Source of the DNA: Bugula neritina
Lineage: Eukaryota; Animalia; Bryozoa
Direction of reading: 5' to 3'
DNA length: 64,000 nucleotides
Assembly (NCBI GenBank): GCA_964035545.1
Contig: OZ037770.1
Coordinates: 2,946,662 to 3,010,661 of the forward strand
Numbering within the stretch: the stretch's first letter is position 1; every line of letters starts with the position of its first letter. A program made the position numbers and the translations under genes. Below, piece by piece: positions 51,101-64,000 of this stretch. The notes under the pieces were generated by a model that saw nothing but the letters and a program-made list of their open reading frames with translations, had not been told where the DNA came from and made no database searches.

Positions 51101-52399
51101 ATGCGGGCTTACCGCAGCACACCACACTCCGCCACGCAGGAGACCCCAAACTTCTTGATGCTAGGCCGAGAGACGCGGGTTCCGGAACACCTGACATACC
51201 ATGTTCCTGCCCCCGAGTCACCGGTACACGAATATGTGGAGGGTCTGATAGACATCATGGGCAAAGCTCATGATGCACTGCGTACCCAGCAGTGGCAGAC
51301 CCGCACAGAGGACTCGGAGGAGCCCCCGTTGTACCAGGTGGGAGACTGGGTCTGGATGGTGAGCTATCGTAGGCGACGCGGACAGTCGGCTAAGCTTCAG
51401 CCCAAGTTCGTCAGTCCCTACTGCGTGGTAGAGGTGCTGCCAAACCATACATACCGTGTGGAGCACTCTGGACAGGTCTCAGTCCAGAGCGAGCAGCGCC
51501 TGAAGCCGTACCAGGCCAGCCCAGACGCGGTGGGTCAAGCCCCACCCCTCCTGAAGCCCCACCGCCAGCCCAGCCGTCGAGGACAGGCCACCCGCCCTCG
51601 AGAGGTGGAAATTGTGTTCCCCAGAGAGGCGGACCAGAAGCAAACCACCCTGTTGGAGCAGCTGGAGCGACAACAGAGAGAGGAGCGGGAACAAGAACGA
51701 CAGCAAGCCCTAGGACCACCACCCCTCCAGGGGGAGGACACTCCCACCCGTGTTACGGGTGAAGGCGGGGACCCCCCTTCAGCGGTAGCTGAGGAGCCAC
51801 CGGCACCAGCAGCGCCTATACAGCAGGAACGGAGTCAGAGGGCTAGAAGGCCCCCCAGATATCTGGCGGACTACCACGTGGGACACATGGAGATGTCCCC
51901 ACAGAGGAGTGGTACACCCAGTACGGGTAAAAACTCCGAGCCTCAGTTGCAGAACAGCCCTGGCAGTACCGGACTTCTCCAAAAGCAATTACCCCCAGAC
52001 AAGCACAGTCACCTGGACAACAGGTACCCAGCTCTTTCGGGTAATGTTGGCCGAGGTAGGTGGCGATACCCCATACCTATGACTGACTTGGACCCCCCTC
52101 CAGAAGAAGAAGATGAGGCCACGACCCTACTACGCGCCCAGCTGATTGGAGATGGCGCTACCGCAGCCACCACCCAGCCTCTACGGGTAGCGCTGACAAG
52201 ACTGGGCAAGGAGCCTGGAGCACCAGGCAGCCAGATAGAAGAGAAGACCCAGCCGACCCACTCACAATTGCCCCGTCACGGGCAGAGTATGGCACTTCCT
52301 TACCGAGAGTGCGTCCTAGATAGTGCAATCCAGGCCTGGTCCGGTACCCTTGACCGTTGTACAGAAGGGATAGAAAGCCTGGTGCACCACCTCAAATAA
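48155..52399 (+). pseudogene. pol: Gypsy pol (protease, RT, integrase), RNase H deleted, frameshifted
   Basis: FLLDTGC protease; WRFCVDYR, PFGL, YLDD RT; abrupt junction at ~50323 after WTQEEQQA; HHCC zinc finger and VDLVGP/HTDQ/VVERNN integrase with a 1-nt frameshift at ~50909. Confidence 0.92.
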
Positions 52400-52611
52400 C
52401 TGAACCGGACAATTGGGAGCCGCCAGCATTGGCCACCCGGACTGTATATATTACGGGTACTACTATCGTTTATATTATTGTGATACGTGTGACTAATCAT
52501 AATACTTTCTGTTAATCGCATATTTTTCTACTTTTGTGTTTTTTTTTTTTGTTTTCTTTTTGTTTTGTGTGAAATCATTGTCCTGTTATCGAAAAGGGGA
52601 TGCTTTTCGAT

Positions 52612-52621
52612 GGGGGGAGAA
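52612..52621 (+). other. Polypurine tract
   Basis: ggggggagaa immediately before the 3' LTR. Confidence 0.85.
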
Positions 52622-53179
52622 TATAATGGATTCTCATCCTCTATTGTTCTGAAATAACTGCGTGCATCAGTATACTATAAATACTGTTGCGTATCGTTCT
52701 TAATGCTGTAATTATAGTTAAGTAAGCTAGCTTGCTAATGCCTAAGTATGGTGATTACTGTTAAGCTTTCAGCATAATGTAATTTTACTGAAATACGCAT
52801 TCTGAAGTTATGTAATATTTCTTTTACTAATGTTGCTTTCTTTTGTGTGTGTCCTTTGTTGCTGAGATCGGCATTTCGGTCTTCCGAAATGCCGATATGC
52901 CGAAAATCGGCGTTTCGGCATTTCGGAGTCCCGAAATGCCGATATTCGGCAGTTCGGAACCCCGATCTCGGCAACAAAGGAATGTCTTTGTCTCGCTTGT
53001 ATATAAAAGCCAGCGAGTTCCAGTGTAGTTCAGACTACTACTGGAGCTCGCTGGTAGTAGGACCATTTAAGCTGTATTTGATGCTAATAAAGTTATCTTC
53101 ATTCGTATTCAGATACTTGGCTTATTCTCTCTAGAGCATGTAGGCACTAGTTGCATTCAAAACCCACAAGTTTACTACA
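52622..53179 (+). repeat. 3' LTR (558 bp, TA...CA)
   Basis: By eye, differs from the 5' LTR by about 4 substitutions and a 16-bp indel. Confidence 0.95.
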
Positions 53180-54469
53180 ATAGTTCATAGTTGTATTTAT
53201 ACTAATGATTATAATATATTTGAAATTAGTATGACTATTACTCACTATAAGTTATTGTGTAAGTAATAATAATAGTAGTAACACTCGTACTCAATCTCAT
53301 AGTCGTACTGGTAGCCTACCGCCATACTGACAATGATACTCATACTTATACTATTATTATTACTAAGTCTGGTACTATAGGACTCCGGTTATTTTGTACA
53401 CAAGTCGTTTCGTAAACAACAATGTAAATTAACTAAAATACATAATATTTTTGATATGTTTTAAATATTTACTTATTATTTAGGTTTAGGGTTGATTCAT
53501 TATTCATTTTGTCTACAGAAATTTGTGTACAAAATGCCAGGAACCAATGCTATAATACTAATACTGATAGTGATATTATTACAATTAGTAAGACTAATAC
53601 TAATAGCAATGCTATAACTACAGCTAATTAGTAATACACATGCTAATACTAATGGTAATAGGAGAACATTTAGTTTTATTATACTTATATCCAAAACTAA
53701 TAGTAGTACTAATAGTAATGCTAATAGTCATAGTGGCGCTTATAACTTAAACTATAACTATAAGTAAAAAAAGTTGTAATTGTTAGTCACAGTGAGTATG
53801 ACTGTCCTATGACTTCTCTTTTATAATTATAGAATATAGACTGTTGAGTTATGGTTTAAATTTTACTTACACCCAGGTTTACTAATTAATTTAATTAAAA
53901 CTAGCTCTATTAGTACTACTATGCATGCATGATAATAATTGTGCTAATAGTCGTAACATCAACTAGTCTTCTGCAATAATAATAAATGTTAGTTAATTGA
54001 CTAGAAGTAAAATAATAATATCAGTTAACTCACTAGAAGTATAGTAATAACTTTAGCTCACGGTTATAACTTCTAATTCACAGTATTATCAAATATGTTT
54101 TATGATTATTATTTTAAATTATCAAATGTAAAGATAAATTTGAAATTATTGTTACAAACACTCCCAGTCTCATGTAATAAGAAGCATTGTTCTAAAATTA
54201 GACCTTAACTTTTTTATAGCAGCTATGCACTTGATAGTATTGTAGTGCAATAAATCTAACCTCTAAAGACATGTAAATTGTCAATCATTTTTCATGATTG
54301 TTCTAATTTGTATAGTAATTTTATTCTTTTTATTAGTATAATTTGTTACAAATTCAATTTGTGACTACTACTTTACTATAAAAAACTCACAAAAGTTTAT
54401 AGTCGCCATCTCTGCAAGAAATCGCTAATGACAAGGTTTTTTGTTAAATAGTGCTAGGGACTTATACAA

Positions 54470-54592
54470 ATTGGGCACAGGAGCAATTATGACTGAATGT
54501 TCTTCCTAGCATCATCAATGGCCTTTGTCGGGTTTGAACCCATGACTTTTTGTTTACTAAAAAAACAGTTTAACCCCTAGACCTCCTAGCTA
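54470..54592 (-). mobile_element. Possible tRNA-derived SINE remnant, copy 2
   Basis: Paralog of 14545..14687; minus-strand GGGTTCAAACCC B-box. Confidence 0.45.
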
Positions 54593-55481
54593 CTACTTTA
54601 CTATGACGTATGATATCTCAATCAAATGATGCGCAAACTCTAGTAACAATATTTGAATTACAATAACTAGCATAATGTGGCATTTAGCATATTTATGTGT
54701 TTATTAAATAAATCATTAGGAAATTCTCAGACATGTGGTGGTATTAAATTACTTTCTCCTGGTAGATGGGTAGTTGAAATTTGATTAGGAACCAACAGAA
54801 TACTTGATCAATATTTATAATACTTAAGTCAACTAATAATGTTCCATGCTATGCAGTCAAGTGGTTTTAGAGTCGTGCTCTTTCATCTTTTGGCAAACGC
54901 CCCAATTTTTGTCGACGGACATGTTTATCTTTTTTGAAATTTTATTCATTTTTTTACTTTTTATGTGAAATTTGATTTTTACAGTTTTAAATAACTATTT
55001 GTTGAGCTTGAAGGATATTATTTCATAGGAATAATGAATTTTCTGAATCAAAAATTAGCAGTTAAGTTCAACATTTACATAAGTCTAGCATTCTGACTGT
55101 ATAATTTATTTTATAGTAAAAGTTGACATCAACTTGACATTGAATAGCACCAACTCAGCTAATGAGTGGAAATGATTTTCACATTAATCTATATTTTCTG
55201 TTTTTATTAGAGGGAGACTTTCTAATGTGTCTAATCTCATGAAATAAACTCTATGGACCAACAAGCACCATGCTTTGACTGAAAGTTGTGAAATAGGAAG
55301 AATATTTTTGTATGTTTGAACTTTTACCTTTTTGTAGCTGTCAGGATATACCTTGTTATTTATTATTCAGGTTTTTCTTATAGGTGTCTTTAAGGTTAAA
55401 CCCTCAGAATTATTTTTTTTAAATATGTTTGACCTAAACGTAACATGTTTATTTTAATTTTTACTTGACACAGATGCTGTG

Positions 55482-58400
55482 ATGAGTGGGCGAGATATTG
55501 AGAGAAACTATGAGACTGAGAGGGAAGTTAAGACGAGACGTAAACGTGAGCAGGAAGAATGGGCTCATCACGTGAGTTGAGTTTACTTGTCAGACATGTT
55601 CTGTTTACCAGCTTAGTTTATAGCATATATTACTAGTTATATGATTATATTATATATTACTAGTTATATGGTTATATTATATATTACTGGTTGTATGTTA
55701 TATTATATATTACTATTTATATGTTATATTATATATGTTATATATTACTCGTTATATGATTATATTGTATATTATATGTTATATTATATATTACTAGATA
55801 TTACAGTGAGTTATAGTATGTATAGCTTGAGATCTAAAGTTAGTCACAGACTATACAGGGTACTCAGGCTATATTCTGTGACACTGATTCACTGTTGTAG
55901 GGTGGCTATATGAACGCTAAGGTACAGAAACTAATCAACAAGTACGACTCTGATAAATCTCGTGAAAACTATAAATCTCAGTCTAAACTGTTTGAAAACG
56001 TGGCTATCTTTGTCAACGGTTACACAGGTTAGTCATAGAACTTTGGTATCAAAAGTAGGGGGTGTGTATTCACCTCTCGTACTGACAGGAAAAAGACTAT
56101 TATCAGATATTATATAAGGGATTCCCACATACATACATGTATACTTTATATTCAGTGATGAAATCAACTTTCTGAACTCATACTGTTATATAATTCACAT
56201 ATGAAGAAAGTAGCTCTGTGTGGAAGGAATTTTCATTTAAAGAACTTTAAGTAGACCATTCAGTATGCAGTATTTCTAGTCTTGTTTTGATTTGGATTTT
56301 TATTTTCCAATTTTGTGATATAATTTCTAAGTTTGGAGTTAGAGTTGCACCAGAGAGGTATGATAATAGAAACTGTGACTCAGTACAGAGTAAGCCTAGG
56401 GCCACACTGTGCGTATTTTCGCATGCGAAAATTAAAATCACAAGTAGCAAAGGTGTCCACTGTAGCGTCAGTGATGCGTGATAAATAAAGCTTTCATTTT
56501 TAAATCGCACTCGCTTTCAATAAAACGCAATTTACTGGAATATAGCACTAATTAAAGAAATTGGGCTCGCTGAATAACTACCAGCCAATTAGGTGACGAC
56601 GACAGAGACGATTCGCACTTGCGTTGAAAATGCAGAGCGACAAGTGCAAATGTTTTCTCAACGCGCACAGTGGACACCTTTGCTACTTGTGATTTCAATT
56701 TTCGCATGCGAAAATACGCGCCGTGTGGCCCTAGGCTAACAATGGTCTACAGTTAGTGTAGCCTTAGAACTTGTTTCTATACAGAATTGTAATTGAATAT
56801 ATAAACCTGTACTCTGTACTATGCTGTGATAATTTCAACATAGTAATTGAGAGAATAACTATCGTATTGTATCTTTTAATAACATGCTGAAATGAAAATA
56901 GATTCAAAACATTTTACTAAACTTCGAGTGGAATAGAAATTCACTGCTGATTTTTTTTCTTGTTTCATCAACATTGTGATATATTTCTTTTTTACTATTT
57001 ACTATGATTTATTTGAACTGTCATTAGTAACTATTGTATTTGTAGAGCCTAGTTTTGATGTGCTGAGAAATTATATGATTGAGGGTGGGGGTAGATTTGA
57101 ACACTACTACTCCGCAACACGAGTCACTCACATTGTAGCCACCAGTCTAGCTCTTAGCAAACAGAAACTCTTTGCTGATGAAAAGGTGAGAAATTGAAAA
57201 GTTGTTTCTCTTTATTTACTCATTTCCTGTTTAATCTCTCGCTATTTTTTTCTATTCGACTACTTTCACTAATCATTATTTATTCACTTTTACTCCTTCA
57301 CTGAGTACTGAGATTGAGTCAGCTGTGTTTCCAGGTAGTGCTGCCATCTTGGATTACCGACAGCGTGAAGAAGAATTCCCTCCAGCCTTACGGGAAATAT
57401 CTACTGTTGAAAAGAAATAAAATAACAAACTTCTTCACCAGCCGAGAGTCGGCACCTTGGACAGGAAGTGATGTCATAGATCCTTTAGGTAAGAGTCAGC
57501 GTAATACAAGATGCTGACTGTCAATATCAGTGCTTCATGTACCTCTTTAGTCATGTGGGTTTAGTGTATGTATTTCTCTACTTCCTACTACTCAGCTCTC
57601 CTATTGGACAAGTAAAGTATGTTCTCTAGATTATCTGAACAAATGAGCAGCAGAATCTCATGGTTGGGTTTTGAATGAGTAGTTTTATTCTGTAGGAAGA
57701 CAATTCTCAAAACCCACAGCCTCTCTTTCATGATTCATCTCTCCATACCATGTAATTATATAATATACAGTCACGTGATCTGTACATGTAACTTGTCTCA
57801 TATGTATGTCTCAGTGTGCTGTAGAGATCAATAATGTAGCAGAAGATGCTCCTCAGTCCTCCACTTCCAAAGAGCTCTACAGCTCCACGACTGAAGATCT
57901 GTGAGTTTATTTGTAACTACTTCACTGATTAGTGCTGTGACGATTTACACTCCACAATATGTAATAGAAGAAGTGCTGTGTGTATCTTCAGTGCGTTAGA
58001 ACTAGTGCTGTGACGATCCTAAATATACAAAGTGTAATATGACTCATGCTGTAACATGTTTACTATGAATGTATGTTTTCCTTATACTCAGTAATTCTTA
58101 AGATCTCATATTGATTGGATACACTTCTATAGTTATTTTTGAGACATATAAACAGGAGAAGTTGAATGAGACAGCTGCTAACACCTATTCTTATTGGACA
58201 CCAATTCTCATGTAACTTTGCCCTTTGACCTCTAGTGTTTAGACTTTTCATAGTAGAATATTTTTTTAGTTTTATTATTCTCAATTTACACGATTAGTAG
58301 TTACACCGTGAGTGAATATGATTAGTAACTAACCACTAATTAACGCACACCAACTGCTACTACTAATAGTAACTAACACTAATTACTAGCACTTTTTTAA

Positions 58401-59043
58401 TACAGACTAGTAACTGCCTGTAACTATTACATGATACTGTATCGTACGAAAATTAGCCAAAATTCTTTACAGGAAAAATTTACTGAAGCTGTAAAATATT
58501 TTCAATGTTTTCTGTAGCCCAAGAACCACTGTTCACGAAAAGCAGTCAAAGAAGGATGGCAAATCTACGGCCCTCAACATGCTCAGTGCTGATCAACCTG
58601 GTTTTGTGGCTGAGTTTTACGGAAACTCCCGCCTACACCATCTCTCTGAATGGAGGACTCAGCTGAAGGATCTGGTAAACATATGAGAGTATTCACTCTT
58701 TTTCCTAGTACTGTGATATGTTATTCTATGTCTTGTATAATACAATCTTATCCAATACTATTCCAGTATAAAATAGGTGTGACAGTTGACTTAGCATCAA
58801 ACTATACAAAACATAGCCTCTGATTCCTTCCACAGGTGAATGAGATCAGAGCGGATCCAGAACACAGGCTAACTGGAAGAGACCATCTCGTCCACAAGTA
58901 CCTAGACAGTAGCAAACCTAGCTCATCACCTCTCACACTAGAGTTATCTTCACATAACAAGTCTACTAGTTCTGTGTACATGCACATAGACATGGATTGC
59001 TTCTTTGTCAGCGTTGTGTTGAGGCAGCATCCAGAGTTGAAAG
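55482..59043 (+). CDS. REV1: REV1 5' portion only, copy 2 (seven exons, open frame)
   Basis: Same exons and motifs as 15560..18689; ends HPELK G|gt before the 31-bp satellite. Confidence 0.88.
56394..56736. mobile_element. MITE, PIF/Harbinger-like, 343 bp, in REV1 intron 2
   Basis: TAA-GCCTAGGG...CCCTAGGC-TAA; the empty site in unit 1 (16909-16911, cagagTAAcagtg) has one TAA, which confirms the TSD. Confidence 0.92.
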
Positions 59044-59056
59044 GTCAGGATGAGGA

Positions 59057-60138
59057 GGTTACACATATTATAGTGTAGATATTACATGGTTACACATATT
59101 ATAGTGTAGTTATTACATGGTTACACATATTATAGTGTAGTTATTACATGGTTACACATATTATAGTGTAGTTATTACATGGTTACACATATTATAGTGC
59201 AGTTATTACATGGTTACACATATTATAGTGTAGATATTACATGGTTACACATATTATAGTGTAGATATTACACGGTTACACATATTATAGTGTAGATATT
59301 ACATGGTTACACATATTATAGTTTGGTTATTACATGGTTACACATATTATAGTGTAGATATTACATGGTTACACATATTATAAAGTAGTTATTACATGGT
59401 TACACATATTATAGTGTAATTATTACATGGTTACTCATATTATAGTGTAATTATTACATGGTTACACATATTATAGTGTAGCTATTACATGGTTACACAT
59501 ATTATAGTGTAGTTATTACATGGTTACACATAATATAGTGTAGTGATTACATGGTTACACATAATATAGTGTAGTTATTACATGGTTACACATATTGTAG
59601 TGTAGTTATTACATGGTTACACATATTATAGTGTAGATATTACATGGTTATACATATTATGGTGTGGTTATTACATGGTTACACATATTACAGTGTAGAT
59701 ATTACATGGTTACACATATTATAATGTAGATATTACATGGTTACACATATTATAGTGTAGTTATTACATGGTTACACATAATTTAGTGTAGTTATTACAT
59801 GGTTACACATATTATAGTGTAGATATTACATGGTTATACATATTATGGTGTGGTTATTACATGGTTACACATATTATAGAGTAGATATTACATGGTTACA
59901 CATATTATAGTATAGTTATTACATGGTTACACATATTATAGTGTAGATATTACATGGTTACACATATTATAGTGTAGATATTACATGGTTACACATATTA
60001 TAGAGTAGTTATTACATGGTTACACATATTATAGTGTAGATATTACATGGTTACACATATTATAGTGTAGATATTACATGGTTACACATATTATAGTGTA
60101 GATATTACATGGTTACACATATTATAGTGTAGTTATTA
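59057..60138. repeat. 31-bp satellite, ~35 copies
   Basis: Paralog of 18703..21062. Confidence 0.97.
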
Positions 60139-60320
60139 TATATTTGCACTTATTAATTCAACAATATGTAAACTTAGCCACTACTGCTGCTGCCATTGCT
60201 ACTAGTAATTTGACTGCTATATTTCCTGCTGCTACTGAAACTGTTTTGTAAATATAATGGGCTTATCATATTGATTAAGATGTCAATATATAATAATAAT
60301 AATAATGTTGATATTCACAG

Positions 60321-61846
60321 AAGTATTACACTGACCAACCAGGGTGGAGGAAGAATGGTTATGATAAGACTCACTGTGACAGATTCCACCAATCAGATTC
60401 ACCGAGTAAATCTTCAAGACATCCAGTAAGTTTTATTTTTATTTCACTACATACAGTAAAAGTAGTAGTTATCTCCTCCGTACTTCTGAGTGAAGGTGAA
60501 ATGATTATGTCATCATTAGATTAGTTGCCTTCCCATTTGACGATTTTCGTTCACTTTCCATCTTCTTTCTTGCTACAAACTTTCAATAGATTTAAGGCTA
60601 CTTGAAATCTCAGCATCTCCTCTTCACATTCTCACCTATTCTCACCTATCCCCACTTTGTCCTGTTCGGGTCTCGGGTGGCTCATTTAAGCTTCTTCACG
60701 TAACCTTGTCCTGAGCGTCCTCTTTGTTGTGGGAGCAGAATTGGAGGTCTTTTCTGATAGTATCTGTGCTTTGGTCTTTCAACTCGTTACTTTCACTTCT
60801 TTCCGTTGGTCTTGTGCTCTTCCAGAGTAACTTCTAAGCAGTAGCTTAGCATTCTCATTTCACATACGCTCACTCTCTCCGCAAGGTAATCACTCTCTCA
60901 CCATGTTTCTGCCCATATAGTAGCACCAGTCTTATTACTGTCTTGTAAATGAGGATCTTGGGTCTCTTTGGAATTTTCTGGTCACACAAGATCCCCGTCT
61001 GCTGCCTCCATTCCCAGGCCCTGCCAATACGCACCTTTGTCCTGCATCATCCCTCCTGGTGGAGTCCCCAGGTACTTAAATGTGACTTTTTGAGACAAAG
61101 TGGCATGGTCAGAGTTATCGTATTTTTTCAATTTGGTGTCATCACTGCTTTCTTTTAGTGGTATGTACTCTGTTTCAGACCTGCTTACTTTTAGGCCGAC
61201 ATCCTCAAATCGCCTTCTCCAGTCTTCCAATCTTTCTTGTATGTTGTCTCTACTCTCATCACATAGTACCAGATCATCTGCAAACCGCATGCTCCATGGT
61301 GTGTCTCCGTCATTGTCATCCGAGATAACATCCATTATAATTATAAAAAGTAATTAACTTAGGGCTGAGGATCTCCTCTTCACATGACTTTATTCACCAT
61401 TTATCAATAGTGTTCAGTCAGTTCAGTGAATTGTTTTCATCAGTTACCTAGCAACCACGTTCTCTACTCTCACACCTATAATCTAAGGCTATGAAGTGTC
61501 AATCTATCTACAGAGAGCAGTGTTCTAGTATTTCTACTCACTCCACTCTGACTCATCCACATTAAATCCTTACACTAAATTAAGTCTTGCGTAGTTTTAT
61601 TCTAATCCCGCAGTGAATAAAGTTAGTCATGTGACCAGTTGGAGAAGTTCAAGGTCAGGGAAATAGAATGATGTTACTTTCACTTTGTGTTTACAGTTGA
61701 CAGATGCTGCTGTGGAGGGAATGTGTATATCTGTAGACCCAGGAACCTACTCTATAACTGCTGGAGAGTGGGGTGGTGTTCACACCCAGACTCATATAGT
61801 CAAACTTGCTGGTGGACAATCGGCTAACCTTAATTTTTTCTTCTGA
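60321..61846 (+). pseudogene. AKIP1: 3' two exons of the AKIP1-like gene, copy 2 (60321..60425, 61697..61846), stop retained
   Basis: KYYTDQPGW..THCDRFH; ..DPGTYSITAG..THIVKLAGGQSANLNFFF*, with the stop where AKIP1 would end. Confidence 0.68.
60870..61370 (-). mobile_element. RTE-like LINE fragment, copy 2
   Basis: PWSMRFADDLVLC..TFKYLG in ORF 60982..61335. Confidence 0.8.
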
Positions 61847-62224
61847 GTTTGTCAATGCATTTATTTTTAGTAGATTTATTTATCAGCCTCAATGCTTTTG
61901 AACCGATTTGCCTTTAGTTCTTGTTTTTATCATGTCATTCTGAATTTGGTACATCAGTCATAAAAATATGTTAAACATGCAATTTATTTTATTGCTTTAA
62001 AGGTTTTTAAAATAGAATAAATTTTCCAGATAATTTCTGTGATTTCAGTCAAATTCTTCTCCACTAAGTGTAAATTGGTTAGTTAGCCATATTATTTGAC
62101 GTCTCATTTCTAAGTAAATATAAATATCAGAGTTGAGATAAAGTTGGTGCCATTAAATACTTTCTTATCAAAATTATATGATGACAAGTATATAACCTTC
62201 ATAGTGATGATAAGCATTGGTCAA

Positions 62225-64000
62225 ACACCAACACACACCTGCTAACACATGTCACATAATCTGTCACTACACATCACACTGAGTCATTTACCTACAGGTT
62301 AGTCAATGTTTTGAATTTTTTAAAAATTTTTTGATGACAATTTGCTTTTATATATTGTTTTGTATTATATATTTGGTTGGAAATTAATTAATGATTTGTA
62401 TTAGAGTTAGCTGTGCAGATATAGTATAATGGTACAAAATCATTAATTTGAATTTTGTTTTTCCTCTCCTGTTATTGTGTTGACAGAGAAATAACTCAAA
62501 GTTGAGGAGATGAACACACTGTCTGTTATATAGAGATAGAGTTTAACCTGACATAAAGTTGGTAAGTAAATATCTGCTATACCCAGCTCTGTCTAATTAT
62601 ATTCACTTTATTAACTAACATTTCACTCTGCAACTCTCTACTTATTATTTGATTGATAATAGTTTTATCATCCACTGTTCAACTAAGCATACATGTAATA
62701 CATCTCTAATACTTAGTAAAAAAAATTGTTTGCTGGCACCAAAGCTACTCATTAGTTAATTTTCTATAATGGATTTTTCTGATAAACAATTCATAACTTG
62801 ATTTTAAAATAACTGTGTGTATTTCTGCTGCTACTTCCGGCACCATCCAAGCAAAAAACACCTGCTAGCACCTGCCATCAGTACATTACTACCAGATCCT
62901 GACTGTCACAGCGTCACCATACAAGTACAGTATCACAACACACCTGCTAACACCTGCCACCAAGTTGATCACGACATCAGCTGACATAGACAATCCTCTT
63001 CAACTATACCTACAAGTAAGTTTCTGTCTTTTCTTAGTAAAGTTTTTGATATAGCTTATGCAATCACAATTTCTAATAACTTATATAATGCCAATATTTC
63101 ACAACAATTTATATTATCTTTAATTTTCACCTTGTAGGGAGGAATTTTAGTTTAAAAATTTAACTCAGTGCCTGTTAAAAGAAAATACATTTATAAAACC
63201 AAATATGCTTTTGAAAATTCCATTGCATTCTTAATTATAGTTATTTCTTTAACCAAAACACTAAAGAATTTAAGCACTATTTTATTTTTATTTATTATTT
63301 GTTCATTTAGACACTACCACAACAGAACTCACCTGCTAGCACCTGTCACAAAGTTACTCACTGCCTAAAATAAACACACCTCCAGTTACACAAAGGTAAG
63401 TTATCTCTTTTAAAATGGAGTTTCCATCTAATAATAATTTTCAAAATAATATAATGGTTTTTATTTTATACTAAGATGAGTGAAATATTTGTCATGTTTA
63501 TTGCATTTATTTTATTATATTTACTAGTTCACTCAGTTGTCAACTAATTAAAATAAATTTGGTGAATTTCAATCCGGTGAAGATGTTTAAAAAGAATTTT
63601 AATGAACAGGTTATTTAAGTTTTTTTTTACAAAAGCGAAGTTTAATGAAAACATCGACTATTGCATTAATGTTGATCTACTTTTTAACACCATTTTATAT
63701 TTTATTTGATACTTAACAGTAGATTTAAATGTTGTAGTTGAGTTGAAGAGGACGTTACCATAAACAAGTTTTGTCTTTAGATTTTGTGGTAAAAATAAAC
63801 TCTCATACATAACTTATGAGCAGTTCACACACCTGCCAACACCTGTCAAACCTTCATAACATGCAGGTTTTTGTTCAACAACATTTATTTTACTCGTTTC
63901 TATTTAGTCTAATATCACGTACAACAAATTTTAGTTGTGAGTTAAACAGGCTAAATATAAATTCTTGCTGCTATTTTTAGGTCACGCCACCCAACTAGAA
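62225..64000 (+). other. Second array of CACCTG exon-like modules (~62225-62297, ~62840-63015, 63311-63395, 63981-end)
   Basis: Same cores and GTAAGT donors; 63311-63395 is nearly identical to 31145-31229. Confidence 0.65.

Larger units (their letters stand above)
46679..53179 (+). mobile_element. Ty3/Gypsy LTR retrotransposon, 6.5 kb, internally deleted and defective
   Basis: Two LTRs; 4-bp TSD ATAG at 46675-46678 and 53180-53183, with a single ATAG at the empty site 13301-13304; PBS, PPT, gag, and PR-RT-IN order. Confidence 0.97.

Noticed and set aside
51550-52399. env or chromodomain after the integrase
   Set aside because: The tail is low-complexity Pro/Gln/Glu-rich with no recognisable transmembrane, furin or chromodomain motif.
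1-64000. The duplication as a haplotype mis-assembly, or the NTase as bacterial contamination
   Set aside because: The units differ in TE insertions, repeat numbers, C-termini and private lesions, and the module array occurs three times, which favours true paralogy; long-read spanning is still needed to confirm. The NTase gene has a spliceosomal intron and host-like base composition.

Overview
AT-rich, intron-containing animal genomic DNA (probably invertebrate; the species cannot be determined from sequence alone). The window holds about 1.8 copies of a ~34.8 kb tandem segmental duplication: position 1 matches 34789, and colinear homology runs to about 22870/61960. Each unit carries, in order: (1) a near-intronless gene for a GlnD/DUF294-like nucleotidyltransferase fused to TPRs, ending in near-identical 44-aa TPR repeats that vary at only a few codons; (2) a decayed 2OG-Fe(II) oxygenase on the minus strand; (3) the intact 5' seven coding exons of REV1, which stop at a 31-bp satellite; (4) two exons resembling the 3' end of AKIP1; (5) an array of paralogous non-coding modules with splice sites and paired CACCTG motifs, leading into the next NTase-TPR gene. 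Unit-specific insertions are a young but defective Ty3/Gypsy LTR element (46679-53179) and two PIF/Harbinger-type MITEs. The best candidate for an undescribed system is the NTase-TPR locus, which looks like a diversifying sensor-effector receptor array (hypervariable TPR groove residues, repeat-number change, swapped C-terminus), together with its upstream exon-like array. All homology calls are from motif recognition by eye, not database searches.
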